Positions 1 through 10,668 of a stretch of 64,000 bases of DNA are shown in pieces (position 1 is the stretch's first letter; each line of letters starts with the position of its first letter). The position numbers and the translations under genes are program-made. Location of the stretch: positions 295 through 64,294 of the forward strand of contig CAZYAB010000004.1 in NCBI GenBank assembly GCA_964645705.1, written 5' to 3'. The DNA comes from an uncultured Methanosarcinales archaeon. Lineage in GTDB: Archaea; Nanobdellota; Nanobdellia; Woesearchaeales; CAXGTL01. Under the pieces are notes generated by a model that saw only the letters and a program-made list of their open reading frames with translations, was not told where the DNA came from and did not search any database.

Positions 1-2492
1 TGATTAAGATTTGAATTTCCTGAAAACTTAAGGAAATTTTGTTCAAAAGATCTTAACACTTCGTGTCTTATTGACAAGTCTGCTTTATAGATAACAACTG
101 AATTGTATAAATTACAACCAAGACTATTTGCTAAACAATTATCTTTAGTAACTCTTGTTTTTTGTACACCAAAACAACTTTCATCTTCACCTGCAAATAT
201 ATCTCTATCATCACATTCTGTTGTTAATTCAAAGTGTTGCGTAACTTTGCCAGCACACGCATTACCTCTATTACCAGAACATTTTTGTTCAAATGTTCTT
301 GTAAAAATATCATTTAAATATTTACCATTTTCAGTTGAAAGTATTCTTTGCAATTCTAATTCACCTACGCCGCCTTCTTCAAAAGGAGCAGAAGAATATA
401 ACTCTTCACCTGAACCACTATCTAAATCAACACTAAAATTTAATTTAGTTCTAGGATAGAGAGACAATTTTCCAGATTCGTCTGCAGACTTAATCTTTGA
501 ATAAAATAAATTATCAGTTTTTCCTCCTGCTAAAAGATAATAAGGATTGCAAGTTTCATAATTAATATCAAAACAATTTGTATTTTGCGATACAAAACTT
601 CCGCCTTGCCACCGAGGATCGACGCGACCAGATAATTGCATGTTTCCACTACAACAAGCATGTGTTGCTAAAAAAGGTTCGTCATCAGGAACAATTTTTA
701 TATATTTGCCAGCAGGTGCATAAGATATTCTGGAAAAATCTACACCATTATATGGATATGGCGCTGTTCCTGGTTCTTGAAAAGGAAAACAACTAGTCAC
801 AAACAAATCTGAATAAGGAACTTGGACAGACGATGTAGTGGGAATAAATAATTTTACCATATCACTCTGATTAGCAAATGGAACTACAAAAGGATCATCA
901 ATATCTTTATCAAGTTCATATGTTCTTTCATTTGTCTTTAATACAAAATATTCATCATCATCAGCATAAGGATAACCAAAAAACTTGTATTGTAATTGTA
1001 TATTTTCAAATTCATTCTTTGCTTCACAAAAAATACAATCCACATCAGCACGAAGCGTGTAAGGATCTTCAGTAGACGCATAAATATCTTCTGCAACAGA
1101 GAATTCATTTTCACCCCATATCTCAAATCTAGGTTTATCATAAACAAATATTTTTATATTTTGGTAATCTTCTAATTTTTGCCTATCAATAACTTTTACT
1201 TTAACAACATGATGACCAATGTCTTTTAATGATGTAGTGTAATTAGCATTTGGTTTTTTTTCTTCATAAAGTTTAGAACCTGTCCACAAAAATGGTTTAT
1301 CAGGATTTGTTACTTTTTCATAATTTTCTGTATCCAAATTATAAACAACATTCTCTGTTTCCATCCATCCAGAATACAGCATCTTAAGATTAGTTTCTTC
1401 ATCAGGGTCATAAGCAATAGGCTTAATTATTATTTCTTTTCCTTCTTCAACCCTTATATCATAATCTGTTTCTAGCTCAAGTCCTTGTTGTTTAATTAAA
1501 TCAAGCGCAGGAATCCTGTTTTGTCTTGTAAATATGAATGTGTAAGGTTTGCCGTCTAATTCAGAATTAGAGTCTGAGACAATAATGATATCATCATATT
1601 TCTTAGTATTGTCACAACCACTGCACGCATTCTTAATTTTGCTAACCTTAAAACCAGTCTTAACTGTCTTCAATTTTTTATAATCTTTTTCAATATCAAA
1701 TTTAATATCTTTTATTTCATTATTGATTAGATCTTTTATAAAGTTATGAAAATTTTTCATTCTAACATTTTTTATTATTTTAAAATTTTCAACACCTGAC
1801 AAAACATTACCAGAAAATAAAAAACTAATCCTTGTCTTAAAATCAAATATAACTTTTCCTTCACCAAACACGACAGTAACATTTGGTTGTTCAGATAAGC
1901 TAATATTATAATTAGGAAATGCCTGACTAAACACAGTACTTTCTAAACATTTTCTAGTGCCATTAATAATATACACCTTTAACTGTTTTTCAAATGACTT
2001 TCCAAAAACATCTAAGCTAGGACAATTCTTATTATCACCAAAAGGTTCGCACAGATTAGCAATATTTTCTTTACCATAATACGCTTTGTTTTGATTTTCT
2101 AATTTACCAATGTAAGGATAATCAGGCACAGGCAATGGATAAAATTCTGCATTTGGTTCTCTTCTTAATATTCCATAATTAACTTTAAAACCACCATGGT
2201 CTATTGAAACTCCTTCATCTATAAATCCTCCTTGATCTTTGTAAATCACGCCACCTTGTTTTCCAATAAAATTTAATCCTCTTACAACCTCCATGTCTAA
2301 ACAAGAATTAATTGATTCTTTTATTGAACTCTGCTGCAAAAGTCCAATATATGTTGCTTCTCTTTCAACACTTGTTTGGGCATCATGCGCATTATTAAAT
2401 ACAAAATAAAAAATAGAAAATCCAGATACTAAGACTATTGAAATAAGTAGAAAAATTGCTATTTGCCCCTTTTTTTGTCTCTGAAAAAACAT
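1..2492 (-). CDS. Large secreted Cys-rich protein, N-terminal ~830 aa; the gene continues past the window start (partial)
   Basis: It is not in the ORF track because no stop lies in the window. My manual reverse-complement translation from the ATG at 2490-2492 (MFFQRQKKGQIAIFLLISIVLVSGFSIFYFVF...) stays open to position 1. The N-terminal TM/signal segment is followed by Cys-rich extracellular sequence. No other ORF of 60 aa or more exists on either strand across 1200-2490. Confidence 0.6.
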   Translation of the reverse strand, partial: MFFQRQKKGQIAIFLLISIVLVSGFSIFYFVFNNAHDAQTSVEREATYIGLLQQSSIKESINSCLDMEVVRGLNFIGKQGGVIYKDQGGFIDEGVSIDHGGFKVNYGILRREPNAEFYPLPVPDYPYIGKLENQNKAYYGKENIANLCEPFGDNKNCPSLDVFGKSFEKQLKVYIINGTRKCLESTVFSQAFPNYNISLSEQPNVTVVFGEGKVIFDFKTRISFLFSGNVLSGVENFKIIKNVRMKNFHNFIKDLINNEIKDIKFDIEKDYKKLKTVKTGFKVSKIKNACSGCDNTKKYDDIIIVSDSNSELDGKPYTFIFTRQNRIPALDLIKQQGLELETDYDIRVEEGKEIIIKPIAYDPDEETNLKMLYSGWMETENVVYNLDTENYEKVTNPDKPFLWTGSKLYEEKKPNANYTTSLKDIGHHVVKVKVIDRQKLEDYQNIKIFVYDKPRFEIWGENEFSVAEDIYASTEDPYTLRADVDCIFCEAKNEFENIQLQYKFFGYPYADDDEYFVLKTNERTYELDKDIDDPFVVPFANQSDMVKLFIPTTSSVQVPYSDLFVTSCFPFQEPGTAPYPYNGVDFSRISYAPAGKYIKIVPDDEPFLATHACCSGNMQLSGRVDPRWQGGSFVSQNTNCFDINYETCNPYYLLAGGKTDNLFYSKIKSADESGKLSLYPRTKLNFSVDLDSGSGEELYSSAPFEEGGVGELELQRILSTENGKYLNDIFTRTFEQKCSGNRGNACAGKVTQHFELTTECDDRDIFAGEDESCFGVQKTRVTKDNCLANSLGCNLYNSVVIYKADLSIRHEVLRSFEQNFLKFSGNSNLN

Positions 2493-2536
2493 TTTAATAA
2501 ATACATTTTTAATTATTATTCATAAATCAATCTTAA

Positions 2537-5500
2537 TCAATCTACATCAATTTCATATGAAAAATAAACATCTCCTACATAAGTATCTTCCATTAAAACA
2601 TTATCAATCATAATTTCTGTATTAACAGGATCTTTACACATAACAGAATAATGATAAGGAATTGCATATGCTTGTGAACAATAGCTTGCATAACAATAAC
2701 GTTTGTCATTTGTAACAGCAGCATAACAAAGTGATGATATGTCAAAACAAACATCTGGTGGACAATTCTCACCTACAACTTTTGCATTTTCACAATAAGT
2801 ATGGAAATTATCATGGTCTTTTCCAAGTTTCAGTGCTTGGCCAAGATTAGCAATCATTATACACATGTCTTTTTCAGTAGAATCTTCTAACACATCACAC
2901 TGTTCTTCAACAACAGTATCAAAATCAGATAATTCTAAAGATTCTAATATTGTATTACAACCTGTATTCATTTCCTCAACTTCATCTAATTCTAAAGCAC
3001 CACCAGCAATATCTGCAAATATACCAAAAACATCATTGCATATTTCAGAACTTGACTCAGCAACACCTATACATTTGTTTGCAAATAATCTATCAATACT
3101 TTCACCAGTTGTTATTAATGAACCAAATAATCCATCACTACCAGCACCTAAACATTCAGTGATCATCTCATTAAACTGTTCACTAAAATCTAATTCATAA
3201 CTATGCAATGTTTGTTCAACATTCTCAGGATCCATTAATTTAAGATCATCATCAGTATCATATGAATAATCAGGAATCTGCACACCGTCTAATGAAGGCT
3301 TTATTTTACATTCTGCTTTTCTATTTGTTTGAACAAAGATCTTCGGATTTATATTTATAATATCATACATTGCTTCTGATGGAATAATATTTACTTTCAT
3401 AGTATCATAAAATACTCTTAGTATAAACACATCATTCATTTCATTTTTGCCAAGAGTATTGTCCCAACAATTTATGTAGAATATGTTCTCACCATTTTTA
3501 CCTAGATTAGGTTTTAAAACAACATGATCTTTCTTTTCTGTGGTTGTTATATCCATCATCTTAAATCCATCATCAACAGTATTAGCGTCTATGACATCAT
3601 CAATATCATCACTTATATAACATGAAGAATCTTTATCAACACTGAATGTTATTTCTTTAACACCTTCTTGTATTGTTTCATAATATATTACGCTTTCTGG
3701 TTGAGGACTTATCGATGAAATTAATATTTCTGGACCATCTCCTCTAACAGGATTATCATCTTCACCATCTAAATAACCATCACCGTCTGTATCAGGTTCA
3801 GTAGGATCACATGTTTCACCAAACTTTTCTAAACATTCTTCGAATTCTTGAAGATTTGTATATTTATCACCATCAATATTACATACAGCAATATCAAGAT
3901 TAGAAATATCATCACCTGAACAAGAATCAGCATCACTATTAGGATCTAATCCATACTCAATTTCCCAATCATCTCTCATTCCATCATCTTCAGTATCTTG
4001 TTTAGTAGGATCAGTATCATGAACAACTATTTCATCATAATCATTCAATGTATCATCATCAGTATCTCTTTTATCAGGCATTGTTATTTTATTATAAAAC
4101 CTGTGACTTGGATCTATTTTTGGTTCTATTGCAAATTCAGAATCTGTTCCAAATATTTCATTAACATCAGGTATAAAATCAGCATCAGTGTCAAATTCTC
4201 TTACTAATGTATTATGACTTGCTTCTCCATAAAATAAATACACATTATTTTCAAAAGTATGGGCAATACCAAGATCATTAACCCATGATTCATAATAAGC
4301 TAATTGTTTTGCACTTAAACCTGACACTGGTACTTCTTTATTAAGACCATCTATCAAATGATCAAAATCACAATCAGGATTATAATTGCATGCTTTTGAC
4401 TCGCCAGCAGTATTAGGATAATCTACTAAACCATCATTATCATCATCATCATCTAATGTAAGACCGCTTGCTTCTATCATATCATCTGTTGCTCGAGAAT
4501 TCCAGACATCTGGTTTTCTATCTTTATCAAAGTTAAGTGCAGCAGCTGGTTCTGTTGGAAATGCGTCTAAAGCATTTGTTACACCATCTTCATCTTGATC
4601 ATCATCACAAGGATTAAAGCTTTGTTCTGTTTTACAAACTTTTCCTGAACCACAGACAGGATTTTGTGCAAGTTCGCCACATTCTATAATTTCAGAATAA
4701 AAATCATCAACAACATCTACGCAAATACCCTTTTTAGGACCATTTGGTATCCAAGGACAATTATCTTTTATTTCACCATCTTCTTGTTCTTCTGCAACAC
4801 ATCCTCCTGAAGGAACACCTAATCCTGATGAATAACCTATTTCACCATCACAAATACCATCATTATCATCATCAAGATCACAACCATTTGGAAAACCATC
4901 ATCATCAATATCAGATTCACCATAAGTACCATCATCAATGCAAATGCTTGTTTGTGCTAGTTCAACATGTCCATCATAACCAATTGCAACTAATCTTATA
5001 TAGTGGTAACCTTCTGCATTTTTCTTATAAAAATCATTTATATTCTTTTTAATGTTTCTACCATATACTACTCCATTTATTGTATCTGACTTAGGATCTT
5101 CGTCAATATCCCAATAAAAAGATTGTATGTTTTCTTGGTCTGTAAAAGATCCTCTTAATGATAATTCTTGATTAACATCAAACCTATAATTCTCTTCAGA
5201 TTCAAGATTAGGGAAATCTATTTGTGCAGTGAAATCTTTACTAGGAAATGTTTTATCATGGAACCTTATCTTTGCAGTTGCATCATGCCAGATATTAAAA
5301 TATCTAGGCCTTATTGCACTCACAATATAAGTTGGTTTTTCATTTATATCTCCATCTTCATCAGGTTTTGGTAATGTAACAATGCATTCTGCAAGATAAT
5401 CTTCATTATCAACTAATTTTGAACAAACATCAGCATTAAAATTTTTAAATTCTATTATCAATATACCAGACGAATAATCAGCATAATCAGATTCATACAA

Positions 5501-8500
5501 GATTTCTCTATATCCTAAAACATTTCTATCATTATTCTTAGCAAGATAAATTGTATTAAAATTATCAACACTGTCTAATAATGCAAACTCTTGTGCATCA
5601 TCATCATAATAATAAGCTCCAAATATTTTTTTAATAAAAGCAACCAAACTAATAACAGGATGTTCAATCATTTGCGAAAATATTGTTAGTGTTTCTGTAT
5701 TAGGTCTCACACCTTGCCTGCTATAAATAACTGATCCTGTTCCTCTATTCAACCAAAGATAATTATTAGTTTTATCATCAACACAATAATTATAAGTGCC
5801 GTCTGTTCTTAACGCACGTTCATTATCACAATTATCATTATCAGGTGTAATTCTTAAGAATCCGTCAAGTGCTTGTGTTAATTCATTATTTTCATCTTTA
5901 TTCAATGTTGCCCCTATCACAACATTTTCTTGATTTTCACCATATGTTAAAATACAAAAATTATTAATCCTTTTCTTTATATTTCTTGAACCTGACAAGA
6001 ATTCTGGTAATGAACTTATACCTTCTATTGGATATTCATAATAATTCAGTGTATTTGTATAATTATCACATAACAAAGCAAAAGGAGGAATTTCCCCTAA
6101 TGGATTTTTCATTAAACCAATCTTAGCAAGTTCTTCTGCTAACAACTTAGTTCTTGAAGTCCAGTTACCAACTCTACAATAATTATCATCTTCCCAATAA
6201 CCATTATCAACACATTCATCATTCCAACATTGTTCATGAGATAAACAATAACCACTGCTTGAATTATCATATTTTACTCTGTAATAAGTTTCAACCCAGT
6301 CAGCTTGTTGTATTTCATCATCATACTTACAAACATACTGATCAAATCCAAATTCTTTTGAATTCTTTTTACCCCATTCACTTGTAAAAGAACCTTTGAA
6401 TTGTGAATAATCTGTATTATCTCCTGGACCATTGAATGAATCTTTTGGAATAGAATCAACACAACCAGACCCATTAAAACAAAAATCGTCAGGACAACAA
6501 CCTTTATCATTAACCATGTCATAAAAAAATTCATATTTCATGTCTTCATAATTTTCATCACCTTTATCAAAAGGAATTTCTCTTGTTGTATTTCTTTCAT
6601 TAGCATATATGAACCTGTTTAATCTCGGTGAAAAGAATGTTTCATCACTCCATTCTGGTTCATCTATATTACCATGAGGATAAGAACAAAAGAATTTTTC
6701 TCCTAAAACTTCACAAAACTCAACATCTTGGTTAATCATATCATCTTGAACCAAACTTTGAGGCAAATTAACATTATTTGCAAAACAACTATGGAATTTC
6801 CCGTTATCAAAAGCAATTTGTAAAGGAATATTTTCAGCACTGATAAATGCATTGCCATCAGAAGTGGATTTACAGCTCACATCTATTTCATCATTTTCTT
6901 GTAAACTAACTAATCTAAAATCTACATGAGATTCTGGACATATTTCAAAAAGATCAGAATCAGCATTAGAATTAGAACCACTTAATTTCGCATTAGTAAC
7001 AGGATAAAGACATTTATTATTCATACAAACCTGTGTTTTTGTAACAAATTGTTCAGTATTAGTACCTATATCAAACTTATATTGAACATTACCAATCCTC
7101 ATATGAGGTGTTGCAACATTACCTTTCCAGCAACCATAATATTCATCAGCATAATATTCATCATTGCCGTATGTTTGATCATCACCACAACACCTTGTGC
7201 CTGTCCAAGAATAACCAGGCGTTGTTGAACAAGCATACATTGTTGCTCTTACATTTTCTCTATCAAGTTTATCAGTATCTAAATCATTAACCCATATTCT
7301 TTCTTTATCATTCTCAGTATATTTATTAGAAACACAGTAATAATTATCATCACTTGAATCATCTGGATCATCATTATATTTTAATGATAGTCTATCAATA
7401 TAAACAATGTTATCATATGGTTTATTACCATCAAAAACCTGAAACTGATAAGAAGTCTTTACTTCTGTTGGATCTGCAACTAAAGCAATCAACCTTACAT
7501 TGCTAAGATCTATGCCATATTTATTTTGCACTTCTTGTATTGGTATCACAACATGCAGCCATTTATCAAGATTAGGACTGTTCACAATAAAATCTTTGAC
7601 ATCAAGATCTTCTATAACAATATAATCCAATGGATTAAATGTTTCATGATCATTTCTTGATTCTCCGTAAAATCTTATCTTCAGAACATAATTAGTCATT
7701 GTTTTATAAAAAAAGTCTAAGTAATCATACTTAGTAAAATCATATATTTCTGCATCAGAATCAAGATTGCCACCGTCTGCTTGATTAATAAAAATAGGGA
7801 AGAGGAATTCATCACCGAATTCAACAGTATCCTTATCAAATTTAATTTTCAAAACTTGGTTGCTAGACAATTGAGGAAAATTAACAAGGTCATAACCAGG
7901 CATACTAGTTGTTTCTATATTATCAAAATCTTTTAATGTTGTTGACAATGAACCTGCCAATCTTAGTTTTGTTATGAATTTTCCAGTATTTTCTTCACCA
8001 CAATATTCAAGATTAGAACCACAGCACTGAACAAACGCACCCCTTTTATCATGCCTATCACATAAATAAGTAACAGATTTATGATGATAATCTATGTTTG
8101 GTACTTGCGGAGTAGGAGTACATGTTTCAAATTGTGCAAAATCATCTAAACAATCTTGGTCAATTCCATCTCCGCACGGATCAAAAGCACCTGGATAAAT
8201 GTCAGCAGCCCTAAAATTTCCTGCATATTGTGTATGATCATCAGCAGGATTATTATCACAATCTTCTGGTTCAATAAATCCATCACAATCAAAATCTTCT
8301 AAATCATACCCTTCAGGACAATTAGGCACATCGTTATCACCAACTGCGAAACCAACAACATTAGCAATCACATCACCACTTATAGAAGCAAATCCAGACG
8401 ATGCTTGAGAAGGTGAAGATACAATATCTGAAAAAGAACTTGTTACTTCGCCTGTTAATTGTGGTTTATCAATAAACCTTTCACCATCATCAGGATTAAT

Positions 8501-9505
8501 CTTTGCAAAATTCTCTAGATCATTATCAGCAATTGTTATGCTAGGATCTGGCATACAAACAAACCAGTGTTCATAATTAGAAACAACATCATAGACAAGA
8601 TTGTCATCTCCCCTGTATACTTCGAATGTTTTAAAAGGAATTTCTTCATTACTAAACCATTTATATTTTTCATGATTAATACAAAGATGTTCTTCATATA
8701 TCATTCCATTATCATCAACATCATCATTACCACAACATTTATTATTTTCAGGAGCACCATCATAAAAAGCTTCAGTTCTGTAAATGTCTAATTGTTCAGG
8801 ACTTAAACTAGAATCTATTTTATAAGCACACCTTGTTTTATATTCTTCAGGAGAATATTCTGGTAATTTACAAGCAACTTTTTCATGATCACCACCTAAA
8901 AGATCTCCTCCAATACCTAAGTTAGTACATTCTATTATTTCATTTTCAGGCAAAATAGGACTATCAAATTCACCTACAATAGTACCATATGAAATTACAT
9001 AATAATCACCATCATCAGGAGCACATTCAAGTCTTATATCAGAATAATCTTCATTTTCTCTTAAACATGAAACAGCACATATAGATGTTTGTACAGATGA
9101 TTGAATATCAAATATACTTTCACCACAACTTGCGAAAGTTTCATCAGGACCACCTGCCAATACAGCTTGATTAATATTTCTAGCTAGATTAATCTTACTA
9201 TAAATACTACCTGAATTTACCTTAACAATATAAGAACCACAAGTAGATGGAGGATCAGAAGCAGGAAATGGTGCTGGTCTTTGATGTTTTTCACCTGAAC
9301 ATGCTTGGAAACTGTGTCCAGCAGTTGTATTTGTACAAAAGAAATTACATTCAGGAACAGGAAACTGGATATTGCCTGGAACACCTTGTCTGTCTACAAC
9401 ATTACGTCTATTATAATACCCAGGTAAAAGACCAAAAACACCAAAACTAGAACAAATAATTAAAACAATCAAACATACAAAGACAAATTTCTTATTAAAT
9501 CTCAC
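2537..9505 (-). CDS. Giant (2322 aa) secreted Cys-rich surface protein with thrombospondin-type-3-like acidic Ca-binding repeats
   Basis: Long ORF with an N-terminal signal/TM (MRFNKKFVFVCLIVLIICSSFGVFG). Many Dx(D/N)xDGxxD-like motifs are present (DTDGDGYLDGEDDNP, DSDADSCSGDD, DDDNDGICDGE, DDDDDNDGLVDYPN), along with numerous Cys pairs. Confidence 0.7.
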   Translation of the reverse strand: MRFNKKFVFVCLIVLIICSSFGVFGLLPGYYNRRNVVDRQGVPGNIQFPVPECNFFCTNTTAGHSFQACSGEKHQRPAPFPASDPPSTCGSYIVKVNSGSIYSKINLARNINQAVLAGGPDETFASCGESIFDIQSSVQTSICAVSCLRENEDYSDIRLECAPDDGDYYVISYGTIVGEFDSPILPENEIIECTNLGIGGDLLGGDHEKVACKLPEYSPEEYKTRCAYKIDSSLSPEQLDIYRTEAFYDGAPENNKCCGNDDVDDNGMIYEEHLCINHEKYKWFSNEEIPFKTFEVYRGDDNLVYDVVSNYEHWFVCMPDPSITIADNDLENFAKINPDDGERFIDKPQLTGEVTSSFSDIVSSPSQASSGFASISGDVIANVVGFAVGDNDVPNCPEGYDLEDFDCDGFIEPEDCDNNPADDHTQYAGNFRAADIYPGAFDPCGDGIDQDCLDDFAQFETCTPTPQVPNIDYHHKSVTYLCDRHDKRGAFVQCCGSNLEYCGEENTGKFITKLRLAGSLSTTLKDFDNIETTSMPGYDLVNFPQLSSNQVLKIKFDKDTVEFGDEFLFPIFINQADGGNLDSDAEIYDFTKYDYLDFFYKTMTNYVLKIRFYGESRNDHETFNPLDYIVIEDLDVKDFIVNSPNLDKWLHVVIPIQEVQNKYGIDLSNVRLIALVADPTEVKTSYQFQVFDGNKPYDNIVYIDRLSLKYNDDPDDSSDDNYYCVSNKYTENDKERIWVNDLDTDKLDRENVRATMYACSTTPGYSWTGTRCCGDDQTYGNDEYYADEYYGCWKGNVATPHMRIGNVQYKFDIGTNTEQFVTKTQVCMNNKCLYPVTNAKLSGSNSNADSDLFEICPESHVDFRLVSLQENDEIDVSCKSTSDGNAFISAENIPLQIAFDNGKFHSCFANNVNLPQSLVQDDMINQDVEFCEVLGEKFFCSYPHGNIDEPEWSDETFFSPRLNRFIYANERNTTREIPFDKGDENYEDMKYEFFYDMVNDKGCCPDDFCFNGSGCVDSIPKDSFNGPGDNTDYSQFKGSFTSEWGKKNSKEFGFDQYVCKYDDEIQQADWVETYYRVKYDNSSSGYCLSHEQCWNDECVDNGYWEDDNYCRVGNWTSRTKLLAEELAKIGLMKNPLGEIPPFALLCDNYTNTLNYYEYPIEGISSLPEFLSGSRNIKKRINNFCILTYGENQENVVIGATLNKDENNELTQALDGFLRITPDNDNCDNERALRTDGTYNYCVDDKTNNYLWLNRGTGSVIYSRQGVRPNTETLTIFSQMIEHPVISLVAFIKKIFGAYYYDDDAQEFALLDSVDNFNTIYLAKNNDRNVLGYREILYESDYADYSSGILIIEFKNFNADVCSKLVDNEDYLAECIVTLPKPDEDGDINEKPTYIVSAIRPRYFNIWHDATAKIRFHDKTFPSKDFTAQIDFPNLESEENYRFDVNQELSLRGSFTDQENIQSFYWDIDEDPKSDTINGVVYGRNIKKNINDFYKKNAEGYHYIRLVAIGYDGHVELAQTSICIDDGTYGESDIDDDGFPNGCDLDDDNDGICDGEIGYSSGLGVPSGGCVAEEQEDGEIKDNCPWIPNGPKKGICVDVVDDFYSEIIECGELAQNPVCGSGKVCKTEQSFNPCDDDQDEDGVTNALDAFPTEPAAALNFDKDRKPDVWNSRATDDMIEASGLTLDDDDDNDGLVDYPNTAGESKACNYNPDCDFDHLIDGLNKEVPVSGLSAKQLAYYESWVNDLGIAHTFENNVYLFYGEASHNTLVREFDTDADFIPDVNEIFGTDSEFAIEPKIDPSHRFYNKITMPDKRDTDDDTLNDYDEIVVHDTDPTKQDTEDDGMRDDWEIEYGLDPNSDADSCSGDDISNLDIAVCNIDGDKYTNLQEFEECLEKFGETCDPTEPDTDGDGYLDGEDDNPVRGDGPEILISSISPQPESVIYYETIQEGVKEITFSVDKDSSCYISDDIDDVIDANTVDDGFKMMDITTTEKKDHVVLKPNLGKNGENIFYINCWDNTLGKNEMNDVFILRVFYDTMKVNIIPSEAMYDIININPKIFVQTNRKAECKIKPSLDGVQIPDYSYDTDDDLKLMDPENVEQTLHSYELDFSEQFNEMITECLGAGSDGLFGSLITTGESIDRLFANKCIGVAESSSEICNDVFGIFADIAGGALELDEVEEMNTGCNTILESLELSDFDTVVEEQCDVLEDSTEKDMCIMIANLGQALKLGKDHDNFHTYCENAKVVGENCPPDVCFDISSLCYAAVTNDKRYCYASYCSQAYAIPYHYSVMCKDPVNTEIMIDNVLMEDTYVGDVYFSYEIDVD

Positions 9506-9564
9506 TTACCTACCCCTTTTTATATATAGTTATAGTTAATTTATAAGAGATTTATATATAAAGG

Positions 9565-10668
9565 TTGCTATTTTTACTAAATAAAGTTATATATAGATAC
9601 AGTAATTCAATAATATTAATAAACCTAGAAATAAATCCATACATAGACATGGAAAATAATAAAAACAAAAAATTAGAGGAAATCAAGATAGAAATAACTA
9701 ACAAATGCAATAAAGATTGTTATTTTTGTTTCTCAACAAAAACATTAGAAAAACAAGATATGGATTTTGATACAATAATAAGTATATTAGACCAGGCAAA
9801 AGAAATAGAAGCATTGGGTGTGAGAATAACAGGCGGTGAACCATTACTACACAAAGACATAAAACATATTCTACAAGAATGTAGGAAAAGGAATCTTTAT
9901 ACAATTGTTAATACAAATGGAGAATTATTCACAGAAAATAACATAGACATTCTAAATAATGTTGATGAAATATTAGTATCAGTACACTCAACAGAAGAAT
10001 TTGAAAATAAAAAAGAAATAATAAATAGAATAAAACAATCATTCACTTACCAAACCAGGGGTGGGGGGCCGGGGGTAATGGAAGGTGGGCCTAACCTAGT
10101 AATCAAAGCATGCACAATAATGACAAAACAAAATATAGCTCAGCTAGAAGAATTTTATAACTTTTTTGAACAAAATAAAATTAATCAATGGTTCTTGCTA
10201 AGACCTGTTTCAACAGATAAAGAAATTGGATTAGACAAAGAACATGCAATTAAATTGATAAACAAAATAATACAATTAAATAAAAAACACAAAACACAAA
10301 CATTTATTGCAAACGCTGTTCCTTTTTGTATTTTAGATGAAAATAATAGTACAGAAAACAGATCAAAAATGATAAACATTTGCATTGGTGGAAGAAATGA
10401 TAATGCAAACACAAAAATAGTTGTTGATGTAAATGGTAATATAAAACCAGATTATCATTCTGAAACAGTTTTTGGCAACATAAACAATAACACTATAAAA
10501 CAAATATGGAACTCAGAACAATTAATGAATTATAATACAATAAACATTCCTGACAAGTGCAAACAATGTGATTACTTTGCAAAATGCAAAGCAGGAATAT
10601 TATTAAATGAAAAACAAGAAATAGATGGAAGAAAAATAAGATTTGACCCTTTGATGAAAAATGATTAA
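9565..10668 (+). CDS. Radical SAM enzyme with C-terminal SPASM-like Cys cluster
   Basis: CNKDCYFC (Cx3Cx2C) sits near the N-terminus, followed by a GGEPLL motif and the C-terminal CKQCDYFAKCKAG. The real start is probably the internal Met (MENNKNKK) near 9646. The gene contains an in-frame Gly-rich insert (TRGGGPGVMEGGPN) encoded by a G-rich DNA motif. Confidence 0.75.
   Translation: MLFLLNKVIYRYSNSIILINLEINPYIDMENNKNKKLEEIKIEITNKCNKDCYFCFSTKTLEKQDMDFDTIISILDQAKEIEALGVRITGGEPLLHKDIKHILQECRKRNLYTIVNTNGELFTENNIDILNNVDEILVSVHSTEEFENKKEIINRIKQSFTYQTRGGGPGVMEGGPNLVIKACTIMTKQNIAQLEEFYNFFEQNKINQWFLLRPVSTDKEIGLDKEHAIKLINKIIQLNKKHKTQTFIANAVPFCILDENNSTENRSKMINICIGGRNDNANTKIVVDVNGNIKPDYHSETVFGNINNNTIKQIWNSEQLMNYNTINIPDKCKQCDYFAKCKAGILLNEKQEIDGRKIRFDPLMKND
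10045..10092 (+). repeat. G-rich motif copy A (cttaccaaaccaggggtggggggccgggggtaatggaaggtgggcc), in-frame inside the rSAM gene
   Basis: This is a GC/G-run island in an AT-rich gene. It encodes the Gly-rich insert TRGGGPGVMEGGPN. It matches copy B at 21695-21734 at ~29 of 37 positions. Confidence 0.6.

Noticed and set aside
9506-9648. Divergent intergenic region between the giant surface gene and the cluster, examined for a precursor peptide
   Set aside because: Only TATA-like boxes (tttatatata, ttatatatag) were seen. The in-frame N-terminal extension of the rSAM ORF (MLFLLNKVIYRYSNSIILINLEINPYID) looks like read-through of promoter DNA rather than a leader peptide.
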